A DNA stretch of 60,914 nucleotides from Gammaproteobacteria bacterium (lineage in GTDB: Bacteria; Pseudomonadota; Gammaproteobacteria; UBA6429; Thiohalophilaceae), in assembly GCA_043719675.1 (NCBI GenBank), contig JAYSTO010000016.1, forward strand, positions 1 through 60,914, in the 5' to 3' direction. Each line of letters starts with the position of its first letter. Position 1 is the stretch's first letter. Made by a program: the position numbers and the translations under genes. Shown here one piece after another: positions 36,673 to 45,594 of this stretch. Under the pieces are notes generated by a model that was given only the letters and a program-made list of their open reading frames with translations, did not search any database and was not told the origin of the DNA.

Positions 36673-36832
36673 ATGGCTTGATTTTGGTAAATGGACGCCG
36701 TTTATTTTAGCGAGTTATGTGATCACCGCCATTGTGCTGTTGGCCAATATCGTGGTGTCATACCGCTCCGAAAAACGCCAGCTGCGCGATATTGCACGGA
36801 AATTACGTAACGAACCCCGAGGTAAACCATGA
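36659..36832 (+). CDS. ccmD: CcmD small membrane protein
   Basis: Below the ORF-track size cut-off. Manual translation gives MSLPEWLDFGKWTPFILASYVITAIVLLANIVVSYRSEKRQLRDIARKLRNEPRGKP* (57 aa). It overlaps the ccmC end, and its stop overlaps the ccmE ATG (ATGA). Confidence 0.8.
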   Translation: MSLPEWLDFGKWTPFILASYVITAIVLLANIVVSYRSEKRQLRDIARKLRNEPRGKP

Positions 36833-37293
36833 AACCCGCACGTCGTCGCCGTTTAATTCTGGTGCTGATCCTACTTGTCGGTGTCGGTAGCGCTGTAGCT
36901 TTAAGTCTGTTGGCTCTCCAGGAAAATCTCATGTATTACCATCCACCTTCGGATGTCTTTGAAGGTAAGGCACCCACTAATCGTGCCTTCCGTACCGGCG
37001 GCTTGGTGAAACAAGGCAGTGTCGAACGCGATAAAGACGGCACCACCGTACGTTTTACCATTACCGATTTGAAAAAAGAGATCATCGTCATTTACAAAGG
37101 CATTTTGCCGGATATGTTCCGTGAGGGTCAGGGCATTATTGCCAACGGTCGCATGGGCAAAGAAGGCATGTTCAGCGCCGATGAAGTCCTGGCGAAACAC
37201 GACGAAAACTACATGCCACCCGAGGTGGCTGATAGCCTGAAAAAATCCGGTGCCATGCCTAAACATGAAATGGAGCGAATGAAACTCAAATGA
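36829..37293 (+). CDS. ccmE: haem chaperone CcmE
   Basis: 154 aa with an N-terminal anchor, an OB-fold region, and the haem-binding His context VLAKHDENYMPPE. Confidence 0.9.
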   Translation: MKPARRRRLILVLILLVGVGSAVALSLLALQENLMYYHPPSDVFEGKAPTNRAFRTGGLVKQGSVERDKDGTTVRFTITDLKKEIIVIYKGILPDMFREGQGIIANGRMGKEGMFSADEVLAKHDENYMPPEVADSLKKSGAMPKHEMERMKLK

Positions 37294-39323
37294 TCGTCAC
37301 TCAAATTGGGCATTTTGCCTTGGTCTTGGCCCTGTGTTTAGCATTATTACAATCAATCGTGCCCTTGGTTGGCGCCCACAAAGGTAATATTACCTGGATG
37401 AATGTGGCGCGCCCGGCCGCGCAACTGCAATTCGTTTTTGTCGCGCTGGCCTTTGGTTGTCTCACCTACGCCTTTTTGACCGATAACTTCTCCCTGCTTT
37501 ATGTCGCGCAAAACTCCAATACCGCCATGCCAACCGCTTTTAAATACAGTGCCGTATGGGGTGCACACGAAGGTTCGTTACTACTATGGGCGTTAGTTCT
37601 CACCATTTGGACCGTGGCGGTTTCCTTATTTTCGCGTAGCCTGCCTTTAGAGTACGTGGCACGCGTGCTGGGTGTCATGGGGCTGGTCAGCATTGGCTTC
37701 CTGAGCTTCATGTTACTGACCTCCAATCCGTTTCGTGAAATTTTCCCCATACCCACTCAAGGCAAAGAACTGAATCCCTTGCTGCAAGACTTTGGACTGG
37801 TCATTCACCCGCCCATGTTGTACATCGGCTATGTCGGCTTCTGTGTGGCCTTCGCCTTTGCGATTGCCGCACTATTGGGTGGACGTTTGGATGCCACTTG
37901 GGCGCGCTGGTCAAGGCCTTGGACAACCGTCGCCTGGATGTTTCTAACCCTCGGGATTGGCTTGGGCAGCTGGTGGGCATACTACGAACTGGGCTGGGGC
38001 GGCTGGTGGTTCTGGGACCCTGTGGAGAATGCCTCCTTCATGCCGTGGCTGGTAGGCACTGCGCTAATCCATTCCCTGGCCGTAACGGAAAAACGTGGTG
38101 CCTTTAAGGCCTGGACGGTGTTATTGGCCATCATGGCTTTTTCGCTGAGTTTGTTGGGTACCTTCCTGGTTCGCTCCGGTGTTCTGACGTCCGTTCATGC
38201 CTTTGCTACCGATCCGGTGCGAGGGATTTATATACTGTTATTTTTGTTTATCGTCATTGGTGGCTCACTGGCTTTATACGCTTGGCGCGGCAGCCAGATA
38301 CGCTCCTTCGGCCGCTTTGCATTGCTCTCACGCGAAAGCCTGATGTTGGTTAATAACGTATTACTCGTTGTAGTTACTATCTCCGTACTGTTTGGCACCT
38401 TGTATCCGTTATTCCTGGACGCCGTCGTTGGCAAGAAGATTTCAGTTGGCCCGCCCTATTTCAACGTGGTGTTTATTGCCATCATGATCCCGCTGATCAT
38501 TGCCGTGGGTTTTGGGCCGTTAACCCGCTGGAAAACACATAACCTGCGTGAGCTCTTGCTCACCCTGCGTGTACCGTTGTTTGTCACCGCCGCCAGCTTG
38601 ATTGCCGGGCTGGCGTTACTGCAGGCTGATAGCAAGGGCCATGTAGCCATGACCGCAATTGGCCTCATGCTGGCGATGTGGGTTATTAGTACGTCAGTAT
38701 TGGGTCTGATCGAAAAATTTAAGCATAAACAATTTAATTGGGTACAAATCAAGTCACTCGGCAGCAGTTACTTTGGTATGTGGTTTGCTCACATGGGTCT
38801 GGCGGTGTTCATTGTTGGTGTCACCCTCGTCAGCGCCTACCAGCTTGAGGATGACCTGCGTGTCGCCCCCGGCGCACAAGTCGAAAAAGGGGGTTATCTT
38901 TTTCAATTCGAAGGTGTCGCGAGAAGCCAGGGGCCCAATTACATGGCGCAACGTGGTACCGTTATCGTTACGCGCGATGGTAAACACCTCGTAACCCTCT
39001 ACCCGGAAAAGCGCATTTACCAGTCACAATCCTCAATGCCGATGACCGAAGCGGCCATTGACGCCGGTATATTCCGTGATTTATATGTCTCGCTGGGTGA
39101 GCCGGTCGGCACTCCCGACAAAGGCGAATGGATCATGCGCATTTATTACAAACCCTTTCAGCGCTGGATCTGGTTGGCCACCTTGTTCATGGCGTTTGGT
39201 GGATTACTGGCGGTCTCGGATCGCCGTTATCGCCGTCTGCAACCACAAAAATCCCAGAGCAGTGAGCAAATTGCCAAAGAACTATCGGATGAGCTGCTGG
39301 GTGCTTCATCGCAGAACAGGTAG
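37290..39323 (+). CDS. ccmF: cytochrome c haem lyase subunit CcmF
   Basis: 677 aa and polytopic, with the WWD motif WGGWWFWDPVENASFMPW. Confidence 0.92.
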   Translation: MIVTQIGHFALVLALCLALLQSIVPLVGAHKGNITWMNVARPAAQLQFVFVALAFGCLTYAFLTDNFSLLYVAQNSNTAMPTAFKYSAVWGAHEGSLLLWALVLTIWTVAVSLFSRSLPLEYVARVLGVMGLVSIGFLSFMLLTSNPFREIFPIPTQGKELNPLLQDFGLVIHPPMLYIGYVGFCVAFAFAIAALLGGRLDATWARWSRPWTTVAWMFLTLGIGLGSWWAYYELGWGGWWFWDPVENASFMPWLVGTALIHSLAVTEKRGAFKAWTVLLAIMAFSLSLLGTFLVRSGVLTSVHAFATDPVRGIYILLFLFIVIGGSLALYAWRGSQIRSFGRFALLSRESLMLVNNVLLVVVTISVLFGTLYPLFLDAVVGKKISVGPPYFNVVFIAIMIPLIIAVGFGPLTRWKTHNLRELLLTLRVPLFVTAASLIAGLALLQADSKGHVAMTAIGLMLAMWVISTSVLGLIEKFKHKQFNWVQIKSLGSSYFGMWFAHMGLAVFIVGVTLVSAYQLEDDLRVAPGAQVEKGGYLFQFEGVARSQGPNYMAQRGTVIVTRDGKHLVTLYPEKRIYQSQSSMPMTEAAIDAGIFRDLYVSLGEPVGTPDKGEWIMRIYYKPFQRWIWLATLFMAFGGLLAVSDRRYRRLQPQKSQSSEQIAKELSDELLGASSQNR

Positions 39324-39329
39324 CCCGTT

Positions 39330-39872
39330 ATGAAACGTATTCTAATCCTGCTCATCCCGCTGTTGGTTTTTTTCACCTTAGTCGTTTTCTTGTGGCTGGG
39401 ACTGTCTCTTAAACCACGTGATCTCCCCTCACCGCTGGTAGGTAAGGCCATTCCACAATTCCAATTAACTCAGTTGAAAAATACCGAGGCCAGCTTTTCC
39501 AACTCCGATCTCGCTGGCAAGGTGACGCTGGTGAATGCTTGGGCTTCCTGGTGTATTACTTGCCGTCAAGAACATGAGTTGCTGATGACAGTGATCAAAA
39601 AAAATGAGGTACCGATCTATGGCATTAATTACAAAGATGAACGGGCTGATGCCATGGCCTACCTGCAACAACTTGGTGATCCGTATGTCATGAATGGTCA
39701 CGACCTGAACGGTCGCGTCGGCATTGAGTGGGGCATCATTGCCACGCCAGAATCGTTTGTCGTTGATAAACGCGGCATTATCCGTTACAAAGTAAACGGT
39801 GCGATTACGATTGAATCGTGGACAAAAACCATCGAGCCTTTAATCGCTCAACTTAATAAGGAGCCCGGCTGA
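39330..39872 (+). CDS. ccmG: thiol:disulfide oxidoreductase CcmG/DsbE
   Basis: 180 aa with an N-terminal anchor and the active site WASWCITC. Confidence 0.9.
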   Translation: MKRILILLIPLLVFFTLVVFLWLGLSLKPRDLPSPLVGKAIPQFQLTQLKNTEASFSNSDLAGKVTLVNAWASWCITCRQEHELLMTVIKKNEVPIYGINYKDERADAMAYLQQLGDPYVMNGHDLNGRVGIEWGIIATPESFVVDKRGIIRYKVNGAITIESWTKTIEPLIAQLNKEPG

Positions 39873-40366
39873 TGCGTTTGCTGCCTGTCACGTTGCTGTT
39901 GCTGTGGTTGCCGATCGCGCATGCTGTTGTCGAAAACAAGGACATCATGCCCGGCGATTTTACCAGCACTGAACAAAAACTACGTTTTAAGGAATTGATC
40001 AAAGACCTGCGTTGCACTGTTTGTCAAAACCAGAATCTGGCCGATTCACACGCTTCGCTCGCCATCGATCTGCGTCATCAGATCCTGGAGATGATGCAAA
40101 AGGGCAAGAGTGATCAGGAAATCATGGATTTCCTGGTTGCCCGCTATGGTGATTTTGTCCTGTATAACCCGCCGTTTAAACAGTCAACGTATCTGCTGTG
40201 GGCAATACCATTCGTCGCACTATTTTTTGCTCTTTGGTTGCTGATTCGCTTGATCATGAAGCGCCAACAGCAACAACCCTCGCCAGCTGGCGCAAATAAT
40301 CAAGCCTTGGCTGATGCGCTACGTAACGCTGGTCAGTCTGCCCCTGAAGATAAACACAAAAAGTAG
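39872..40366 (+). CDS. ccmH: cytochrome c maturation protein CcmH (CXXC subunit)
   Basis: 164 aa with a signal peptide, the LRCTVCQNQ motif and a C-terminal TM helix. Confidence 0.88.
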   Translation: MRLLPVTLLLLWLPIAHAVVENKDIMPGDFTSTEQKLRFKELIKDLRCTVCQNQNLADSHASLAIDLRHQILEMMQKGKSDQEIMDFLVARYGDFVLYNPPFKQSTYLLWAIPFVALFFALWLLIRLIMKRQQQQPSPAGANNQALADALRNAGQSAPEDKHKK

Positions 40367-40372
40367 GTTCCC

Positions 40373-41602
40373 ATGTTCTGGTTTTATGCCGCATTGTTGA
40401 TTATTGCCGCCGTTGCCTGGCTTTTTATTCGTTTAAACCGTAAAGACCAAACCCTGATCCACTCTGCCAGTACGTCCAATTTAGTCATTTATCGTGAACG
40501 CTTGAATGAAATCAAACGTGATTTAAATACAGGTACGTTGTCACAAACCGAATTTACGGAGGCCAAGGAAGAGCTGGCCGCATCACTGCTCAACGATCTC
40601 AATGCCCAGCAATCCACCCCGCACAACTCGCCTAAAGCAAAGTTGGTTTGGTTGCTTGGAGGAAGCCTGATAATAATGCCCCTGATTGCATTCCCGTTGC
40701 ATTATTTCCTACAGGCGCAACTCTATTTCCAGGAAATTCCGCCCGGCAGCTCGCTTGAATTACAAAAATACTTTATGGAAAGCGACCAAAATGGGCTCTC
40801 CCTCATTCTGGCCAAGGCGACGCGCGACAGCCGCTTTTGGGAAAACTCTGCACAAGTGTATTTACAATCACAACGCCCTGACGCAGCCATTCAGGCATAT
40901 CAGCGCGCTATTTCTCTCTCCGGCGACACAACGGCGAGTCTGCTAGGACAGGCCCACGCAGCCGCCATGCTGCAACGGGGCTCTCTTGAAGGTGAGCCAG
41001 CTGTATTAATTCAACGGGCATTGGCTGCGGAACCAAATAATCCGCAGGTACAAATATGGTCTGGTTTACTGAGTTTGCAACGTGGTGAGTATGATCGGGC
41101 AATTAATTATTGGGAACGTGTAATGCAAACCATGCCCGCTGATGCACCGCAAAGAACGGATATCGTCGCCATGATCGAACAGGCAAAACAACAAAAATCC
41201 GGTAACCTAGCTGCCACAACCGAGACCCCTTCGCCTGCGACAGCCGCAACACAAAATACGCAATTGCGTGTACGTGTGGAATTATCAAAGACTCTCGCCG
41301 CGCAGACACAACCCGGTGACACGGTATTTATCCTGGCGCGGGCCGTGAGCGGGCCACGCATGCCTCTGGCAATTATCCAAAAGCAGGTAAAGGAATTGCC
41401 CGTCACGATTACACTTGATGATTCGACGGCAATGAGTCCGGAGTTACGTTTGTCCGCATTCAAAGAAGTGAAAGTCGTGGCACGCATCTCACGCAGCGGA
41501 CAAGCGATGCCACAAACCGGTGATCTTTTTGGTGAAGCTGGACCAGTCAGCACTAAATTAGGCACCACGACAAAAATAGAGATCAACCAACAAGTCAAAT
41601 AA
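40373..41602 (+). CDS. ccmI: cytochrome c maturation TPR protein CcmI (CycH-like)
   Basis: 409 aa with two N-terminal TM helices, then TPR repeats. It is the last gene of the operon. Confidence 0.8.
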   Translation: MFWFYAALLIIAAVAWLFIRLNRKDQTLIHSASTSNLVIYRERLNEIKRDLNTGTLSQTEFTEAKEELAASLLNDLNAQQSTPHNSPKAKLVWLLGGSLIIMPLIAFPLHYFLQAQLYFQEIPPGSSLELQKYFMESDQNGLSLILAKATRDSRFWENSAQVYLQSQRPDAAIQAYQRAISLSGDTTASLLGQAHAAAMLQRGSLEGEPAVLIQRALAAEPNNPQVQIWSGLLSLQRGEYDRAINYWERVMQTMPADAPQRTDIVAMIEQAKQQKSGNLAATTETPSPATAATQNTQLRVRVELSKTLAAQTQPGDTVFILARAVSGPRMPLAIIQKQVKELPVTITLDDSTAMSPELRLSAFKEVKVVARISRSGQAMPQTGDLFGEAGPVSTKLGTTTKIEINQQVK

Positions 41603-41635
41603 CAACAATATTACTCAGCGGAAATTTTGCGTAAT

Positions 41636-41664
41636 AAAAAAGGCGGCCATTGGCCGCCTTTTTT
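41636..41664. terminator. bidirectional rho-independent terminator
   Basis: AAAAA-AGGCGGCC-att-GGCCGCCT-TTTTT. The stem is a perfect 8-bp GC-rich helix flanked by A and T runs. It lies between the convergent genes ccmI (+) and cytochrome c4 (-). Confidence 0.9.
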
Positions 41665-41712
41665 ATACATACACTACGATAACAAAGGTGTCACATAGAA
41701 AGTTGAGAAGGC

Positions 41713-42324
41713 TCAGTGCAGCCCAGACACGTAGGAAGCCACTGCGGCGATTTCTGTATCGCTCATACGCTCAGCAATCTTGCGCATGATTTTGCCGCTG
41801 TCATCCTTATCATCAAAGCCACGCCGACCTTCGCGAAATGCCTTCATGGTGGTCTCAATATAACTGGCATGCTGGCCGCTCAAGGCAGGATATTTTGCCG
41901 GTAAATTGCCCGTACCGTTGGGGCCGTGGCAGGCCATGCAGGCTGGCACACCTTTGTTCTCAACGCCACCACGATAGACGCGTTCACCCAACTCTTTCTT
42001 GGCTGGCTCAACACCACCCAGGCTCACCTTTTGTGAGGCGTAATACGCGGCAATATCCTCCATATCCTTAACGTCCAGATTGGCTACCTGGGTCGTCATG
42101 ATTGGGTCCTTGCGTTTACCCGCTTTGAAATTACGCAACTGCGCTACCAGATAATCTTGATGCTGTCCCGCTAATTTCGGAAATGTGCCCACCAATGAAT
42201 TACCGTCCGCACCATGGCAACCCACACACGCCTGTGATTTACCCTTGCCCGCAGTGGCGTCCGCTGCCACTGCGGTACAAGCAAAACCCAAGGCCCAAAT
42301 ACCCATGACCAGTTGTTTTATCAT
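41713..42324 (-). CDS. dihaem cytochrome c4
   Basis: 203 aa with a signal peptide and two CxxCH motifs (CVGCHG, CMACHG), each with a downstream Met ligand region. Confidence 0.88.
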   Translation of the reverse strand: MIKQLVMGIWALGFACTAVAADATAGKGKSQACVGCHGADGNSLVGTFPKLAGQHQDYLVAQLRNFKAGKRKDPIMTTQVANLDVKDMEDIAAYYASQKVSLGGVEPAKKELGERVYRGGVENKGVPACMACHGPNGTGNLPAKYPALSGQHASYIETTMKAFREGRRGFDDKDDSGKIMRKIAERMSDTEIAAVASYVSGLH

Positions 42325-42635
42325 TTGGCTTTTAACACCATGTAATCAACACTTGCTTTAACATCATCGTCACTCAGATCTGCGCGGCCGCCCTTGGCAG
42401 GCATGAAACCGGCTTTACCTTGATAACCTTTAAGCGCGTGCTCGTATAACTTATCGTTGCCTTGCGCAATACGATCCTTCCATGCCGCCTTATCGCCCAA
42501 CTTGGGGGCCCCGGCCACGCCAGCACCATGGCAGGCGACGCACGCTTGGCCATATACCTTGTCACCCGCCTGAGCGGCGACCACAGAACCAGAGACAAAA
42601 GCCAGAGCAACAGCCGTCAGTACAATCTTCTTCAT
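42321..42635 (-). CDS. monohaem class I cytochrome c (c5-type)
   Basis: 104 aa with a signal peptide, CVACHG and a downstream MPAKGG motif. It overlaps the cytochrome c4 gene by 4 nt. Confidence 0.8.
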   Translation of the reverse strand: MKKIVLTAVALAFVSGSVVAAQAGDKVYGQACVACHGAGVAGAPKLGDKAAWKDRIAQGNDKLYEHALKGYQGKAGFMPAKGGRADLSDDDVKASVDYMVLKAK

Positions 42636-42764
42636 GATAAAACTCCTCGTATATTAATAATTCATTGAATATCTGGTTCTTGGTACTTGCCTTTACGGCG
42701 CAAACTCGCCACTCTAGCAAATCAGAACCCCCCAAATTTGGGGCACTTATATACCAACTACCGC

Positions 42765-43403
42765 ATGCCCGGTCAAGCAAAACACACAAACAGCCATAAT
42801 CCACGCAATCCGTTGCAAAGCGCCCAGTTTGTCTTGCTCGCGCCCGACATGGCGCATGTACTGCCGGACAATGGGTATGAGGTCGCGTTTGCAGGCCGCT
42901 CCAATGCCGGAAAATCCAGTGCAATCAATGCGCTAACCGGCCAAAAGAGCTTAGCACGCACCAGCAAAACCCCTGGTCGCACCCAGGCCCTGGTATTTTT
43001 TGCGCTGGACGACCAACGCCGCCTTGTCGACCTGCCGGGTTATGGCTATGCCAAGGTCGCCGCGAGCGTTAAACAGCGCTGGCATCATACCCTTGACGCC
43101 TTTCTCAATCAGCGCCAGGCGCTGCGCGGGATTGTCCTGCTAATGGATATCCGTCACCCCTTGACGGAATTCGACCAGCAAATGATCGAATGGTGCCATG
43201 CCCAATCCCTGCCCTTATTGATCCTGCTCTCCAAGGCCGACAAACTCAGCAGGGGTGCGGCTCACGCTACTCTGCAACAAGTGAATCAGGCCTTAACAAG
43301 CCACAATAAAACCACAACCCAGCTGTTCTCGGTCAAAGACGCCCCTGGCATTGAACAAGCCCGACTCCACATCGCTACTTGGTTACAGATTGAAGGTATT
43401 TGA
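42765..43403 (+). CDS. engB: ribosome-biogenesis GTPase YihA/EngB
   Basis: G1 motif GRSNAGKSS, G3 motif DLPGYG and G4 motif SKADK. The ORF track starts at TTG 42687. I prefer the ATG at 42765 (212 aa), which leaves room for the divergent promoter. The start is uncertain. Confidence 0.85.
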   Translation: MPGQAKHTNSHNPRNPLQSAQFVLLAPDMAHVLPDNGYEVAFAGRSNAGKSSAINALTGQKSLARTSKTPGRTQALVFFALDDQRRLVDLPGYGYAKVAASVKQRWHHTLDAFLNQRQALRGIVLLMDIRHPLTEFDQQMIEWCHAQSLPLLILLSKADKLSRGAAHATLQQVNQALTSHNKTTTQLFSVKDAPGIEQARLHIATWLQIEGI

Positions 43404-43477
43404 AAACTTGATTCCACCTTGAGAAGGTTGTGTCTAATCGCCCCTATGAAGCAGGGAACGAAAAAATTTGGTATTTT

Positions 43478-43870
43478 CTACCCTTTACGCAATGCTTCAC
43501 GCACAGATAACAATTTGTTACGCACTTCATTGGCCAGTGCGGTGATGTCTGGCCGGTTCACCAGCGTGAGCACCGCCTGCGGATCCATAAAACCGACATT
43601 AATGCTGCCGTTTTCTTCTTCGCGCACCACTACATTGCAGGGCAACAACAATCCAATATCAGGCTCTGCGGTTAAGGCTTGGTTCGCTAACACGGGATTG
43701 CAGGCGCCGAGAATTTTATATGGCCGTTTGTCGAGATTGAGTTTTTTCTTCATTACAGCCTTGACGTCGATCTCGGTCAACACGCCGAAACCTTCCTTCT
43801 GTAATTCTTCCGTAACACGCGTAAGCGCCTGTTCATAGGTTCCGGGAAAGGTGACTGAAAATCCGTACAT
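43478..43870 (-). CDS. DUF302-domain protein
   Basis: The ORF was trimmed to the ATG at 43870, preceded by AGGAG. The protein reads MYGFSVTFPGTYEQALTRVTEELQKEGFGVLTEIDV...PYKILGACNP, which is typical DUF302. Confidence 0.8.
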   Translation of the reverse strand: MYGFSVTFPGTYEQALTRVTEELQKEGFGVLTEIDVKAVMKKKLNLDKRPYKILGACNPVLANQALTAEPDIGLLLPCNVVVREEENGSINVGFMDPQAVLTLVNRPDITALANEVRNKLLSVREALRKG

Positions 43871-43940
43871 GGCAAACTCCTGATTGATAATGAACAAGGT
43901 AAGAATAACTAAATTGTACCGTGTTAAACCGGCAATACAA

Positions 43941-43974
43941 AATAAAAACGCCCGCTTGCGCGGGCGTTTTATTT
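43941..43974 (-). terminator. rho-independent terminator of glnA
   Basis: CGCCCGC-ttgc-GCGGGCG is a perfect GC stem extended by A:T pairs. On the minus strand it is followed by TTTTTATT. It lies 23 nt after the glnA stop. Confidence 0.88.
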
Positions 43975-43996
43975 ACACGGTCATCTACGCTGACAA

Positions 43997-45403
43997 TTAC
44001 AAACTGTAATACATGTCGAATTCCACCGGATGCGTGGTCATACGAATACGTGTGACATCACCCATCTTCAATTCCATGTAGGCATCGATCAGGTCATTGG
44101 TGAACACGCCGCCTTGTAACAAGTAATCACGGTCTTTATCCAGTGCATCCAGCGCTTGATCCAACGAATGGCAAACCGTAGGTACTTTTGCCAGCTCTTC
44201 CGGTGGGAGATCGTACAAGTTCTTATCCATGGCTTCGCCTGGATGAGTCTTGTTCTTAATACCATCCAGACCGGCCATCATCATGGCCGCAAATGCCATA
44301 TACGGGTTGGCGGAAGGATCCGGGAAACGCACCTCTATACGGCGACCTTTTGGGTTTGCGACCCAGGGAATACGGATCGATGCCGAACGGTTACGCGCCG
44401 AATAGGCCAGTAAGACCGGGGCTTCGAACCCAGGCACTAAGCGTTTGTAACTGTTAGTGCCGGGGTTACAAAAAGCATTCAAGGACTTGGCGTGCTTGAT
44501 GATACCGCCGATGTAGTACAGCGCCATGTCCGAAAGGCCGGCATACTTATCGCCAGCAAACAGATTTTTGCCGCCTTTGGCTAAAGACTGATGTACGTGC
44601 ATACCTGAACCGTTATCACCAACAATGGGTTTGGGCATAAACGTGGCCGTCTTGCCATAGGCATGGGCGACGTTATGAATGACATATTTTTGCCGTTGAT
44701 TCCAGTCCGCTCGCGCCACCAGCGTATTAAAGCGGGTCCCGATTTCACACTGACCCGCAGTCGCCACCTCATGGTGATGCACCTCGACCTTTACGCCCAT
44801 TTCTTCCAGGGCCAGGCACATCGCAGAACGAATATCCTGTAACGAGTCGACCGGTGGCACGGGGAAATAGCCACCCTTCACGCCGGGACGGTGACCGATA
44901 TTACCATCGGCAAATACCTTTTCCGAGTTCCAGCCCGCTTCTTCAGAGTCAATCTTGCAGAAAGAACCGCTAATACTGGTGCCCCAACGCACATCGTCAA
45001 AAATGAAAAATTCAGGTTCTGGACCGAAGTAGGCAACATCCGCTATGCCAGTTGACTTGAGATAAGCCTCGGCACGTTTACCCAGGGAACGCGGATCACG
45101 TTCATAACCCTGGCCAGTGGAAGGTTCCAGCACGTCGCAGGTTAAAATCAGTGTGGGCTCTTCCATAAAGGGGTCGAGCACGGCACTATCCGGGTCCGGC
45201 ATTAGAATCATGTCGGAAGCCTCGATACCCTTCCAGCCCGCGATTGACGAACCATCAAACATTTTGCCGTCTTTAAAGACCTCGTCATCCATGGTTTCGG
45301 CCGGAACAGAAACGTGGTGTTCTTTGCCGATGGTATCGGTAAAGCGGAAGTCAACAAACTTCACACCTTTGTCCTTTATCATTTTCATCACTTTATCTGA
45401 CAT
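43997..45403 (-). CDS. glnA: glutamine synthetase type I
   Basis: The ORF was trimmed from TTG 45415 to the ATG at 45403, preceded by GGAGGA. It is 468 aa, and the GSI motifs include [15 protein letters not shown] and [16 protein letters not shown]. An adenylylation-type NLYDLP loop is present. Confidence 0.93.
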   Translation of the reverse strand: MSDKVMKMIKDKGVKFVDFRFTDTIGKEHHVSVPAETMDDEVFKDGKMFDGSSIAGWKGIEASDMILMPDPDSAVLDPFMEEPTLILTCDVLEPSTGQGYERDPRSLGKRAEAYLKSTGIADVAYFGPEPEFFIFDDVRWGTSISGSFCKIDSEEAGWNSEKVFADGNIGHRPGVKGGYFPVPPVDSLQDIRSAMCLALEEMGVKVEVHHHEVATAGQCEIGTRFNTLVARADWNQRQKYVIHNVAHAYGKTATFMPKPIVGDNGSGMHVHQSLAKGGKNLFAGDKYAGLSDMALYYIGGIIKHAKSLNAFCNPGTNSYKRLVPGFEAPVLLAYSARNRSASIRIPWVANPKGRRIEVRFPDPSANPYMAFAAMMMAGLDGIKNKTHPGEAMDKNLYDLPPEELAKVPTVCHSLDQALDALDKDRDYLLQGGVFTNDLIDAYMELKMGDVTRIRMTTHPVEFDMYYSL

Positions 45404-45480
45404 TTGCTCCTCCAAAAGTTACTTACTATTAAAATTATGCCCCAGGCAACGCCATGGAAAACTTCATGCCTGTTTTAAGG

Positions 45481-45495
45481 GCACGAACCATGCCA
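45481..45495 (-). promoter_or_regulatory. sigma54 (-24/-12) promoter candidate for glnA
   Basis: The minus strand reads TGGCATGGTTCGTGC. The GG and GC spacing is identical to the consensus TGGCACG-N4-TTGC. It lies ~78 nt upstream of the glnA ATG. Confidence 0.6.
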
Positions 45496-45546
45496 CTTGG
45501 TACTATCATGAATTATATGGAAAAATACTTTTGTTTTTCGGCTAAT

Positions 45547-45563
45547 TGCACTTTACTGGTGCG
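45547..45563. promoter_or_regulatory. NtrC-type enhancer site
   Basis: TGCACT-TTACT-GGTGCG compares with the consensus TGCACC-N5-GGTGCA. It lies ~55 nt upstream of the sigma54 element. Confidence 0.55.
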
Positions 45564-45594
45564 AGAAAACGCGCAAAAGCACCTGTTTAGTTCA

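Noticed and set aside
41107-41598. 163-aa minus-strand ORF
   Set aside because: It is antisense to ccmI, has no motif, and is a GC-driven open frame.
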